Sequence record: MK373778.1
Length of the DNA: 64,000 nucleotides
Direction: 5' to 3' (one strand)
Source of the DNA: Escherichia phage vB_EcoM_WFbE185
Of this stretch, positions 54,270 to 62,584 are shown piece by piece. The number at the start of each line of letters is the position of its first letter. Position 1 is the first letter of the stretch. The notes beneath the pieces are model-generated. The model was given only the letters and a program-made list of their open reading frames with translations. It made no database searches and was not told the origin of the DNA. The position numbers were made by a program, and so were the translations under genes.

Positions 54270-55250
54270 TTATTTCAGTAAAGTTACTTCAGAGATTTCC
54301 TCCCAGCCATCTTTATCAGTTGAAATAAAATCTGCTACATAAAGAGCGGTACGTAATGATACATTGCGAAGACGAGATACATTAGCCTTCATCCAGGACA
54401 ATGCTTTGTACGTTTCTGCATCCGTCAGGCCACGTTTCTGCATCATGTCAGTAGATAATATTACATCTTCAACTCGAACCATAATCTCTTCATTAGAGTG
54501 TACTCCAAGATCGAGATATACTGAACGAGATACTAAAGCTTGAAGGTGTGGAGCAAGTTTCGAACCCCGTTCTAACTCTTTATCGATATCAACGTTTGTA
54601 ATGAAAACGATAGTACCTTCAAACTCAAATTCTTTATCGATACCCTTATCATCAAGATAAGATGATGCAGTGCTCCAGCAAACTTTGCGTTTATCACCGG
54701 TATCTAATGCTGCTTTAAGAAGGTTCAAGATGTCCATATCCGAGAATACGTCAACGTCGTCGATTAAGAGAACGCTGTCTGCATCACGGTTGAGCCAAAG
54801 TTGTTCGTAAAGGCCAATACCTGAGATTTTACCATTAATGCTTTTGTATTTGATGAAACCATTATCATTAGCATTATTAAGTGCTTTATCCAGAGAATAC
54901 GTCTTACCAATACCGGCTGCACCTGAAATAATGAGTGAACGAATTTTGCCATCGATAATACCATTAGTCATCATGTTCATTACTTTAAAGCGTTTGTTGA
55001 TACGAGTTTTCATATCTTCAGTGCTTTCAACAACTGCAACTGGTGATGTCTCAGCTCCTTCCATTATGATGTCTGATTTGAAGACCCATACTCCACGTTC
55101 AGAACCATCGATCATAACGAAAATTTTACCATCACCTAAGTGGGAACATTCAGGATTAAGCTTTGCCGGGAACCATGTCTTTGTGGCAACATAAGAACCA
55201 GAGATTTCGTTATTACGATAGATACCTTTTTTGATTTGAACGTTGAACAT
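54270..55250 (-). CDS. P-loop NTPase (AAA-like), start set at ATG Met5
   Basis: Walker A GAAGIGKT and Walker B LLIDDVDV; the track start is TTG. Confidence 0.55.
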   Translation of the reverse strand: MFNVQIKKGIYRNNEISGSYVATKTWFPAKLNPECSHLGDGKIFVMIDGSERGVWVFKSDIIMEGAETSPVAVVESTEDMKTRINKRFKVMNMMTNGIIDGKIRSLIISGAAGIGKTYSLDKALNNANDNGFIKYKSINGKISGIGLYEQLWLNRDADSVLLIDDVDVFSDMDILNLLKAALDTGDKRKVCWSTASSYLDDKGIDKEFEFEGTIVFITNVDIDKELERGSKLAPHLQALVSRSVYLDLGVHSNEEIMVRVEDVILSTDMMQKRGLTDAETYKALSWMKANVSRLRNVSLRTALYVADFISTDKDGWEEISEVTLLK

Positions 55251-55289
55251 TTTATTCTCCAAATTTACTCATTTCGTTTCGATAGGTCT

Positions 55290-55318
55290 ATAATAACATG
55301 TTTAAAGCAAAAGTAAAC
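55290..55318 (-). promoter_or_regulatory. early-type promoter (-35 GTTTAC, 17 bp, TGT-TATTAT)
   Basis: Consensus GATAGGTCTATAATAACA block. Confidence 0.55.
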
Positions 55319-55320
55319 AA

Positions 55321-55539
55321 TTATTTGCGACGAGATTTTTTGGTAAGAGGTTGAAAGAACACTGCTTTACCGGCAGGAGTCAAAGTGACTCGTAATGCAT
55401 TACCGATTCCCAAGGATGCTTTAACCAGACCTTTAGATTTCAGTTCACCGAATGCTTGACGTTGGTCTGCATTACGAGTGTTAACCATAAGACCTTTATC
55501 ACCAGCTTCACGAATCATTTCTAGCATTTTGGTTTTCAT
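55321..55539 (-). CDS. small putative DNA-binding protein (72 aa, start moved)
   Basis: Internal ATG with AGGAGA SD downstream of promoter 55571-55599; basic C-terminal tail. Confidence 0.4.
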   Translation of the reverse strand: MKTKMLEMIREAGDKGLMVNTRNADQRQAFGELKSKGLVKASLGIGNALRVTLTPAGKAVFFQPLTKKSRRK

Positions 55540-55570
55540 TTTGTTTTCTCCTCTTGTTTTGATAGGTCCT

Positions 55571-55599
55571 ATAATAACATATCCTAAAAGCATGTACAC
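55571..55599 (-). promoter_or_regulatory. early-type promoter (-35 GTGTAC, 17 bp, TGT-TATTAT)
   Basis: Consensus block GATAGGTCCTATAATAACA. Confidence 0.5.
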
Positions 55600-55620
55600 T
55601 ACTTTTTAAAAATATTTTGA

Positions 55621-55646
55621 CCCCCTAAAAGGGCCCGAAGGCCCTT
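55621..55646 (-). terminator. intrinsic terminator (AAGGGCC-UUCG-GGCCCUU + UUUUAGGGGG)
   Basis: GC stem with UUCG loop immediately after the nucleotidyltransferase gene stop. Confidence 0.55.
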
Positions 55647-55647
55647 A

Positions 55648-56637
55648 TCATTTATAGTATGAATTATGATTTTCGAGATAGACTTGCTCAAGGAAATCAT
55701 CCCAGAAACTCATATCTACTTTTTGTTGCATACCGTTCTTAGCGGCTTGTTCTGACGCGTGTTCAACTTGGACAACGATATCTTCTAGGAATTCTTGTAC
55801 AGTTTTAAACGTATGTTTACCAAGCTTAACATCGAGAATAAATGGAGCATCTTGAAGTGGGTAAACCAGGTCGCCGGTTTTGTAAATTTCCAATAATTGA
55901 AGTCCACCACGACATGCATGACTCAATGCTTTCCAGTCAATACCTTCGTTAGCTTCTGCCTTACGAGCACGTTCACCATAGTTCTCTTCCAGTTTAACCA
56001 GGATGGCATTGAACTCTTTATTGGTTAACGTGTCTTGGAATTTACGGTCTAACAGATTATAGAATGTTTGCTTACCTGTTTTCTCATTTTCGGTTTCAAC
56101 CCACGAAGCAAATTCACCTATAGGCAGAACATTCTTCATATGTGATAAACGAATTACTGCACCGTTATCAAAGTATCGTCCCCATTCATTAGAACGTTTA
56201 AGGGCTTGACGAAGAACAGCCAGTCGAGAACCCTTGACGCCATATTTAGAAGCTTGCTTACGGACATACCCTAAATAAGATTTCATGTTAGTGGTATAGA
56301 AACGAGACCTGTTATCTTGAATATACTTCCATACATAAGGCAAATCAGATTTAACTACTAGACTTGGTGGAGTGTGAAGCATATCTAATGCGACGGTTTC
56401 ACCATCAGCAGCTAGTTTAAAGAAATATTTGAGACTATACAACTCATGGTCCACGTCGTCTTTTGTGTTCTTAGAAGATGTGTTATTCGTGTTCTTGCTC
56501 ATATGTTCTTTAACGTTACCGGTCAAGATATCACGAGCATGAGGGACATAAATTTCTTTAAAATCGACGTCAGATTCAGGAGTAGACGTTCCATAAAGGT
56601 GGCTACCAAAGTAGCCTTTCATAATTGTTTTCATCAT
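55648..56637 (-). CDS. polymerase-beta-superfamily nucleotidyltransferase (329 aa)
   Basis: N-terminal hG[GS]-x10-DhD motif (YFGSHLYGTSTPESDVDF). Confidence 0.55.
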   Translation of the reverse strand: MMKTIMKGYFGSHLYGTSTPESDVDFKEIYVPHARDILTGNVKEHMSKNTNNTSSKNTKDDVDHELYSLKYFFKLAADGETVALDMLHTPPSLVVKSDLPYVWKYIQDNRSRFYTTNMKSYLGYVRKQASKYGVKGSRLAVLRQALKRSNEWGRYFDNGAVIRLSHMKNVLPIGEFASWVETENEKTGKQTFYNLLDRKFQDTLTNKEFNAILVKLEENYGERARKAEANEGIDWKALSHACRGGLQLLEIYKTGDLVYPLQDAPFILDVKLGKHTFKTVQEFLEDIVVQVEHASEQAAKNGMQQKVDMSFWDDFLEQVYLENHNSYYK

Positions 56638-57107
56638 TTAGCCTTATATTCAAGAGTAGGACAGACTTTTTCTTTACGAGCTTTAAGGTATTCACCTATT
56701 AATGATTTCTTACGTTCAATAGGCTCAAGTCCATTTTTAATTCGTTCTTGGTTTTGCGCAATGAGCTCAATTTCTTTATAATACTTCCGCTCTCTATATA
56801 AGTCGATTAGCCACGGTATGCCTAATACTAAAACTATAGAAATACCAACACATAATGCAATGAATAAAACACCTACACCAATTGAGGCCGGAACCAATGA
56901 CCATAAACTACTAAAGACAAAGAATTTAGTTAAAATTTCATGGCCAACGATTGTGGCCGCTGCTAAAATCGCAAATCCAATAATCGAAACAAACAATACC
57001 GGGAGAAACGTTTTCCAAAAATAAGCACACAACGTTTTCGGACGATTCCATGTACTATTAAACGCGGCATAAATTTTAAAGTGCCAAGAGTTTTCATTGA
57101 TAATCAT
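56634..57107 (-). CDS. membrane protein (157 aa)
   Basis: Three or four hydrophobic segments. Confidence 0.5.
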   Translation of the reverse strand: MIINENSWHFKIYAAFNSTWNRPKTLCAYFWKTFLPVLFVSIIGFAILAAATIVGHEILTKFFVFSSLWSLVPASIGVGVLFIALCVGISIVLVLGIPWLIDLYRERKYYKEIELIAQNQERIKNGLEPIERKKSLIGEYLKARKEKVCPTLEYKAK

Positions 57108-57116
57108 AATAATTCC

Positions 57117-57647
57117 TTATTTCAAAGTTGGGATAATAGAATCGAGATAAGCTTTAAGAGCAACTGCTTCATCTTTGTCTAATGTAACGATATGTTGACG
57201 AAGGTCATCAATTTGGCGAATAACTACAACATCGCCATCTTCATAAGAAGGATTAACGCCTAGGACCGTTGTATAGTCAGGGCGGTCCTGATTTGTAATA
57301 AAAGCATTACGGCATTTAGCCCATTGAAGTTTAGCCTTTTTGGCTGTTTCAGATTCCATTAATTCTTTCACCTTAGTGACAAACGTTTTCCAATTATTAA
57401 TAGAAAGGCATTCATCTTCTGTTTCGATATTAACCCCACTATAAAGACCGTGATAAAACCGAACTTGAAGGTCTTCATCGATGTTAATTACAGATGCATG
57501 GCCGGGCGGATTGAGTTTCAAAATCTTGTCCAGTTCCATAGGAAGAATAGTAACAGAATCATCTTCTTGTGTCAGAACATACACATAACCACGTTTTTCG
57601 ATAGACAAATCACCAAACAACTCGGTTGTTTCAATTACGGTTTTCAT
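57117..57647 (-). CDS. hypothetical protein (start set at ATG Met5)
   Basis: The track start is TTG; TAATATG junction with the upstream small ORF. Confidence 0.5.
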   Translation of the reverse strand: MKTVIETTELFGDLSIEKRGYVYVLTQEDDSVTILPMELDKILKLNPPGHASVINIDEDLQVRFYHGLYSGVNIETEDECLSINNWKTFVTKVKELMESETAKKAKLQWAKCRNAFITNQDRPDYTTVLGVNPSYEDGDVVVIRQIDDLRQHIVTLDKDEAVALKAYLDSIIPTLK

Positions 57648-57648
57648 A

Positions 57649-57828
57649 TTATTCACCAATTAAAGTTTCAACAAAATTCACCAAATCATTCAGACAAGCA
57701 TCAACCTGATTTTCATAAAAGTCTTCGTTATCATTTACTGCATGATAAGCTACATCATTCAAATCTGAATCGGCTTCACGTAAGTTACGGATAAGTTCCA
57801 TCAATTTATTAGCTTGTTCACGGGTCAT
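57649..57828 (-). CDS. small acidic protein (59 aa), not in ORF track
   Basis: MTREQANKLMELIRNLREADSDLNDVAYHAV...; ATGA coupling with the upstream 36-aa ORF. Confidence 0.35.
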   Translation of the reverse strand: MTREQANKLMELIRNLREADSDLNDVAYHAVNDNEDFYENQVDACLNDLVNFVETLIGE

Positions 57829-57935
57829 TTTACCATACTCGTTTCAATAAGATTCACTATGCCGTTTACCATGTTATAAGTAAACATCGGATAATTGTAT
57901 TGTACTACAACATAAGCGATAAGCAAAAGTTTCAT
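57825..57935 (-). CDS. small hydrophobic peptide (36 aa), not in ORF track
   Basis: MKLLLIAYVVVQYNYPMF...; GGAG SD; downstream of promoter 57964-57993. Confidence 0.3.
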   Translation of the reverse strand: MKLLLIAYVVVQYNYPMFTYNMVNGIVNLIETSMVK

Positions 57936-57963
57936 TTTGTTCTCCGTTCGTTTTGGTAGGACT

Positions 57964-57993
57964 ACTATAACATAATCCTACCAAGATGTAAAC
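57964..57993 (-). promoter_or_regulatory. early-type promoter (-35 GTTTAC, -10 TATAGT) within 9-bp inverted repeat TTGGTAGGA/TCCTACCAA
   Basis: Consensus family; the 3' arm overlaps the SD region. Confidence 0.5.
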
Positions 57994-58226
57994 TACCGAT
58001 TGTGTTTTAAATGTTGATAAAGTTCTTCAACTTGTTTAGGGTCCAAAACAATTAGGTCATTTTCTTGGCGAAGATAAATCCATCCCTTATCACCAGGGCC
58101 ATTTTTACAAAACATCACCACCGTATCATCATCTTCAGCGCTTTCAGGTAAAAGTTCAAGTACACCGTCTTCAGATTTTCCAGTATAATCGTAAAGCATA
58201 ATATCCTCACATAATCTCGTTAACAT
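57993..58226 (-). CDS. hypothetical acidic protein (77 aa)
   Basis: ORF. Confidence 0.4.
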   Translation of the reverse strand: MLTRLCEDIMLYDYTGKSEDGVLELLPESAEDDDTVVMFCKNGPGDKGWIYLRQENDLIVLDPKQVEELYQHLKHNR

Positions 58227-58386
58227 ACATTTGCAATTCGGTGTGGGTGTCAGCCATCTTTTTCATTGCCTTATTGATATCAATATCGCCATCTTCGCAC
58301 CCATGGGCATTCTCCCAATCAGATACGGCATTAGCGTACTCTTCAATCAAAAACATTAACTTAGAAATTTTTTCTTTACGTGACAT
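58207..58386 (-). CDS. hypothetical small protein (start moved to Met14)
   Basis: ATG with GAGGAG SD downstream of promoter 58414-58442. Confidence 0.4.
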   Translation of the reverse strand: MSRKEKISKLMFLIEEYANAVSDWENAHGCEDGDIDINKAMKKMADTHTELQMYVNEIM

Positions 58387-58413
58387 AACGTTCTCCTCTA
58401 GTAAGTAAAGACT

Positions 58414-58442
58414 ACTATAACACAACCTGCGGAGAAGTAAAC
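58414..58442 (-). promoter_or_regulatory. early-type promoter (-35 GTTTAC, 17 bp, -10 TATAGT)
   Basis: Consensus family, sequence GTTTACTTCTCCGCAGG...TATAGT. Confidence 0.5.
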
Positions 58443-58457
58443 TGATAGATACAAAAA

Positions 58458-58481
58458 AGCCCCGACCTTTCGGAAGGGGCT
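58458..58481 (-). terminator. intrinsic terminator (GC-rich hairpin GCCCC...GGGGC + U6)
   Basis: 5-bp GC stem enclosing a small inner stem-loop, followed by UUUUUUGU on minus-strand RNA. Confidence 0.5.
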
Positions 58482-58487
58482 AGTAAA

Positions 58488-58688
58488 TTAGATAGATGTA
58501 GGCTCTAATTTTATTTTCATGAACTCGGCAAATTGTCTGGCAGTTTTTATGCCTTGTTCATGACATTCAAATGCATCATCACAGGGGCTATTTTTGTAAT
58601 GCTTTGCCATATACTTATAGAATTTTTCAGAATTCTCGACATTTTGAATTTCAAACAAAGTATATACGTTTTTAATACCTGATTCCAT
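58488..58688 (-). CDS. hypothetical small protein (66 aa)
   Basis: ORF. Confidence 0.4.
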   Translation of the reverse strand: MESGIKNVYTLFEIQNVENSEKFYKYMAKHYKNSPCDDAFECHEQGIKTARQFAEFMKIKLEPTSI

Positions 58689-58710
58689 AAAGTTATCAAA
58701 ATATGGGTCA

Positions 58711-58791
58711 ATATGTGCAGTACCAACGATAGGAGTTGTTGCTGCAAAAAAACCCCAGCATCGCTATGACAGCTATCGCTCTTAAGGCCAT
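58711..58791 (-). CDS. very small hydrophobic peptide (26 aa) with perfect SD AGGAGG
   Basis: MALRAIAVIAMLGFFCSNNSYRWYCTY; locally GC-richer sequence than surroundings. Confidence 0.25.
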
Positions 58792-58803
58792 ATAGGCCTC
58801 CTG

Positions 58804-59016
58804 TTAATTTTGGCCAGTATTTATTTTTCGCCTTTGGACGGCCTTAACATCTGCGAGGTATTTTTCCAGCTTGCGCTTGCGTGTATAATCAGCTTTAGAA
58901 CCAGTTTGACGAATATCCTCGTTTAAATGAGAAATAGAATGTCCTAATTCTCTTCGGATTTCGTCCAATTGGGTTACAGTAAGATTACGAAGTTGTCTTT
59001 CGTTTAATTGCTGCAT
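58804..59016 (-). CDS. hypothetical basic protein (70 aa) under a late promoter
   Basis: TATAAATA box 23 nt upstream of the ATG. Confidence 0.45.
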   Translation of the reverse strand: MQQLNERQLRNLTVTQLDEIRRELGHSISHLNEDIRQTGSKADYTRKRKLEKYLADVKAVQRRKINTGQN

Positions 59017-59038
59017 ATACCTCTTGGTTAGATATTAG

Positions 59039-59046
59039 TATTTATA
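59039..59046 (-). promoter_or_regulatory. late promoter box TATAAATA (overlaps tk stop codon)
   Basis: Exact TATAAATA on minus strand. Confidence 0.55.
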
Positions 59047-59623
59047 ACAACCCTGTCAAATCGTTCCAATGCTTCCGGCATAATGACACATATCTATCGG
59101 TATCACCAATTTCAATTTGACTGCCATCTGTAATTGGAAGTCCGTCTTCCGTGACTCTAGCTACCATTGTGGCCTTTTTACCACAATGACAGACACCTTT
59201 AAGTTCAACAAGCTTATCGGCAATAGCCATTAATGCTTGAGAACCTTCAAATAGATTACCTTTAAAATCTGTTCGTAGTCCATATGCCATTACCGGCACA
59301 TTGTACACGTCAACAATACGACTAAGTTGATACACCTTTTCAGTAGTTAAGAACTGAGCTTCGTCAACAAATACACAGTGAATATCCTTTTGTGCTGCAG
59401 CCCATTTATAGAATTCAAAGATATCCATGTCTTTTGTAATTATATTGGCGTCCTTACGAATACCAATACGAGAGACTATTTCACCTTTTGAATCGCGAGT
59501 ATCAATAGCCGGTTTAAGAACTAATACACCCATGCCACGTTCTTTATAGTTATGTGCGGCAGTAAGTAATGAAGCAGACTTACCAGCGTTCATAGCAGCA
59601 TATGTAAAAATTAAACTAGCCAT
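59042..59623 (-). CDS. tk: thymidine kinase
   Basis: 193 aa; MASLIFTYAAMNAGKSASLL and CHCGKKA...CRKHW closely match T4 Tk. Confidence 0.9.
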   Translation of the reverse strand: MASLIFTYAAMNAGKSASLLTAAHNYKERGMGVLVLKPAIDTRDSKGEIVSRIGIRKDANIITKDMDIFEFYKWAAAQKDIHCVFVDEAQFLTTEKVYQLSRIVDVYNVPVMAYGLRTDFKGNLFEGSQALMAIADKLVELKGVCHCGKKATMVARVTEDGLPITDGSQIEIGDTDRYVSLCRKHWNDLTGLL

Positions 59624-59632
59624 AAGAGTCCT

Positions 59633-59815
59633 TTATAGTGAATTCACATAGTCAATGAGTTCTTGTTCTTTCCTGTCAAATGATTCCATCAATGCTTGAT
59701 ATTCTTCGTCTGTTAAAGGAGCATATTCATCGTACGCATTGGTGGCTGCTTGCTCATCCAATAGGTCATGGATAAGTTCGAACAGTTTAGTTTTCTCTTC
59801 TTTAGTCAATTTCAT
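59633..59815 (-). CDS. hypothetical acidic protein (60 aa)
   Basis: ORF. Confidence 0.4.
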   Translation of the reverse strand: MKLTKEEKTKLFELIHDLLDEQAATNAYDEYAPLTDEEYQALMESFDRKEQELIDYVNSL

Positions 59816-60033
59816 TTAGGTTCACCTTCTTTAACGAAATCTGGGTAAGGGTAAAATCCTGAGTAAAACCCTTCACCTTTATGATTGCTACAACCTTTGT
59901 TCGAACAGTAACACCAATAATCAAAATCACAAGCCATTTCGTCATTGCATAAAGCAAAAACTACAGGCCATTCGCATTTTTCGCATTTAGCACCTGTAAG
60001 AATTTTTGTTTGGCTCATAACAATGGTTCCCAA
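59812..60033 (-). CDS. Cys-rich small protein (73 aa), possible zinc binding
   Basis: CEKCEW...C..CDFDYWCYCSNKGCSNH. Confidence 0.4.
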   Translation of the reverse strand: MGTIVMSQTKILTGAKCEKCEWPVVFALCNDEMACDFDYWCYCSNKGCSNHKGEGFYSGFYPYPDFVKEGEPK

Positions 60034-60512
60034 TCAACAATCACAATTTCTAGTTTAGTGGAATACGTATCTAAAATCTCTTCGATGACATCCCAGTTTC
60101 CACCACCAATACCTGCACCAATTCTTGGCATATAAATTACAGGCTTTGTTATCTTATTTTTTCCGAATTCATTTAATTCTATTATACAATTCATTAAAGC
60201 AGAGTACTCAAAATTAGGTCCCGGCTCAAACTGTGTATAAAGATTAAAGCAATAAGCTTTATGGGTCTTAAAATATTTTTCATAAACCGAATAAGTCCCG
60301 AGTTTAGACTTGTCTCCGAATTCGGTTTGAAGTTTATCGGCTTCTAAAATTTTTGGATAAGCCTTTGCCAATTGACCTGCTACACCGGCACCCATTGTAT
60401 GAAAACAATTGCACCCATGAGCAATATTATTACCTTTAGAAAACAGGGCGACAATATCGCCCTTGATATAGTTTTTAATCACTTGCTGCAAGTCCTCTAG
60501 TATAAGAGTCAA
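60015..60512 (-). CDS. macro-domain protein (ADP-ribose binding/processing), 165 aa
   Basis: Macro-domain-like N-x5-GxGV signature in IAHGCNCFHTMGAGVAGQL and second Gly-rich loop IGAGIGGG. Confidence 0.55.
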   Translation of the reverse strand: MTLILEDLQQVIKNYIKGDIVALFSKGNNIAHGCNCFHTMGAGVAGQLAKAYPKILEADKLQTEFGDKSKLGTYSVYEKYFKTHKAYCFNLYTQFEPGPNFEYSALMNCIIELNEFGKNKITKPVIYMPRIGAGIGGGNWDVIEEILDTYSTKLEIVIVDWEPLL

Positions 60513-60822
60513 CTAGGCGGTCTACCATAGAATTGCATGCTGCCTTATCTTTAGGCTCCGCCACCGAGCATTCTAATATTTGCCATTTTTTATGATATCG
60601 TTTAATTAAGGTAGACGCCTTGAACCTACTAGACGCCCCATCTTTTTCTCCGTCTTTATATGCGTATAACAATTTTTGTGAAAAATCTACTTTACACTCT
60701 TGACTTTTACCACAATAATCAGACGCCGTTCTGTTTGTATACTCCGTTACATCAGTATATGTAGTATTAGCAAGAGCGTTAAATGAAACCAAGCCAACTA
60801 TTAAAGCCAACATTTTGGTCAT
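60475..60822 (-). CDS. secreted protein with signal peptide (115 aa)
   Basis: N-terminal MTKMLALIVGLVSFNALA. Confidence 0.45.
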   Translation of the reverse strand: MTKMLALIVGLVSFNALANTTYTDVTEYTNRTASDYCGKSQECKVDFSQKLLYAYKDGEKDGASSRFKASTLIKRYHKKWQILECSVAEPKDKAACNSMVDRLVDSYTRGLAASD

Positions 60823-61361
60823 TCTTTTATTTCCAGTAGTTTATTTGATTTAAGGTAATTAGCCTTTTCTAGGACTTCAGAAGCATATTTACTTCCGGCA
60901 CTTGTCTTCCATCCCGCATTATATGAGGATATAGCTTTTCTTATATCCCCGTTATGTATATTTAACCAATAAGAAAATTCGATATAAGCCCATCTGGCTG
61001 AATTAGACCGCTTAGATAGCATTTTCTTAATTTGGGCATCAGTCATATTATAACCAAGTTGGTTAATTCTTGCCCTCATTGTTGGTAGATAATTTTGGAA
61101 CATTCCATACGCATGGTGACCTTTCTTATCTTTAAGATTAATACCGGCCGATGATTCCTGCCATAGTATTGCGGCCATTATGTATCCAAGTCCTTTCTTA
61201 TGCATATTTTCATGCGTTTTAAATTTTCCATCCTTAGAAAACTGTTCCCCAAACTGATAAGCATAATTCAAGTTATCGAGTTGGACATTACTAAAAGTAT
61301 GCTCGGAGCTATGTGCTGATAATGAAAGAGCAAATAGACCAGCGAGTAGTGCTTTTCTCAT
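60819..61361 (-). CDS. lytic transglycosylase-like protein with signal peptide
   Basis: Signal peptide MRKALLAGLFALSLSAHS; SLT-type motifs ESSAG, YGMFQ and SYNAG. Confidence 0.5.
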   Translation of the reverse strand: MRKALLAGLFALSLSAHSSEHTFSNVQLDNLNYAYQFGEQFSKDGKFKTHENMHKKGLGYIMAAILWQESSAGINLKDKKGHHAYGMFQNYLPTMRARINQLGYNMTDAQIKKMLSKRSNSARWAYIEFSYWLNIHNGDIRKAISSYNAGWKTSAGSKYASEVLEKANYLKSNKLLEIKE

Positions 61362-61369
61362 GTTTACCT

Positions 61370-61828
61370 CTAGATTTTAATCACTGCTTTAGAAGCTTTT
61401 CCTGGTAGTCGTTTACTGTTAATAATAGCCATTCTACATTGAAGAGTCTTCATTTTAAATGCTGGATTTTCGCGACAAACTGTAAGTCCTAACCAAAGAT
61501 TTCCGTCAGTTATTTCTAAACGGCCCGGGCGATATTCGACACCTTCGTCAAAATCTTCATCAACATCTGGACGTGCCGGCATTGATAAAAATTCTGCAAC
61601 TTCTTTAACATGATTTTTTACTTTATGAAATAATTCAAAAACGTAATTCTCATCTATTTCTCTCTGGATGGCACGATCTAAGAGATGTTGAGAATACTTG
61701 ATATGAAAGCCTGGTAGTCCAAGAGACTTTGCAGCATCTTTTATACTGGCATTTATTTTGCGGAACTCCGTTTCAAAGATTCGACGGAGTTTATTACGGC
61801 GGATAAAAACGTCTGAATTGATAGTCAT
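61370..61828 (-). CDS. regB: RegB endoribonuclease
   Basis: MTINSDVFIRRNKLRR...FHIKYSQHLLDRAIQREIDENYVFELFHKVK matches my recollection of T4 RegB; start at ATG Met9 with GAGGAG SD. Confidence 0.7.
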   Translation of the reverse strand: MTINSDVFIRRNKLRRIFETEFRKINASIKDAAKSLGLPGFHIKYSQHLLDRAIQREIDENYVFELFHKVKNHVKEVAEFLSMPARPDVDEDFDEGVEYRPGRLEITDGNLWLGLTVCRENPAFKMKTLQCRMAIINSKRLPGKASKAVIKI

Positions 61829-61856
61829 TTTGATTTCTCCTCTAGTTGACAAGTCT

Positions 61857-61885
61857 ATAGTAACACAACTAGAGGAGAAGTAAAC
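61857..61885 (-). promoter_or_regulatory. early promoter (-35 GTTTAC, 17 bp, TGT-TACTAT) inside a 14-bp perfect inverted repeat
   Basis: Arms 61835-61848 and 61866-61879 (TTCTCCTCTAGTTG / CAACTAGAGGAGAA); the 3' arm carries the regB SD. Confidence 0.6.
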
Positions 61886-61889
61886 TACT

Positions 61890-62105
61890 TTATTGATAAA
61901 ATGGAGTTAAAGCCCAAGATTCTTTAGATACCATATTGGCGAAATGCCTCATCTCTTCGATTTGGCGACGACGCTGGTCAGCATAGTCTTCTTCGCCTTC
62001 TTCCTTACAATCTTCAAGGTCTTCTTCAAGATACTTTAAGTATTCACTACAAATTTTGTTGACCTTTTCTTGAAAGTCCAATAACCCAGTAATAGTAGAA
62101 GCCAT
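61890..62105 (-). CDS. hypothetical acidic protein (71 aa)
   Basis: ORF. Confidence 0.4.
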   Translation of the reverse strand: MASTITGLLDFQEKVNKICSEYLKYLEEDLEDCKEEGEEDYADQRRRQIEEMRHFANMVSKESWALTPFYQ

Positions 62106-62539
62106 TAGTATTTTTCCTCAGGACGAAATACTGCACGACACGCCCACATGCTGGCTTCTTTTAGATGTTGCTTAGCATACTTAAGAGCCTGCACTGCATC
62201 CATATCTTCTTTGGTTTGTTCCTCTGTTTCATTTTCTTTCAAGATATATGCTTCTTCAATCAGAGCATCAAACAACAATCCAAGACGGACTTCGGCATCT
62301 TTAATAGCGTTCACTTTACTGATTTTATCATCGGTATGCGGCTTGTAGCCTTTGATGTCTTCAATCGACATAAGGAATTTCCTCATCGGTGGCAAGGTCG
62401 TATTCGACCAATTGGATAGGCTCATTAATACCATATCCACGTACAGTGATATCAGTTGCCGGATAGTTTCCAGTAATATCACCCATTCTAAATGATTCAA
62501 TGAATGATTGCTCGCCTGAGCAACTAAACCAGGCGGCAA
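62105..62539 (-). CDS. hypothetical protein (144 aa)
   Basis: ORF. Confidence 0.45.
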   Translation of the reverse strand: MPPGLVAQASNHSLNHLEWVILLETIRQLISLYVDMVLMSLSNWSNTTLPPMRKFLMSIEDIKGYKPHTDDKISKVNAIKDAEVRLGLLFDALIEEAYILKENETEEQTKEDMDAVQALKYAKQHLKEASMWACRAVFRPEEKY

Positions 62540-62584
62540 AACATTTTAAAACATCTTCGGACCCTTCTATAATCAATTTAGCCA

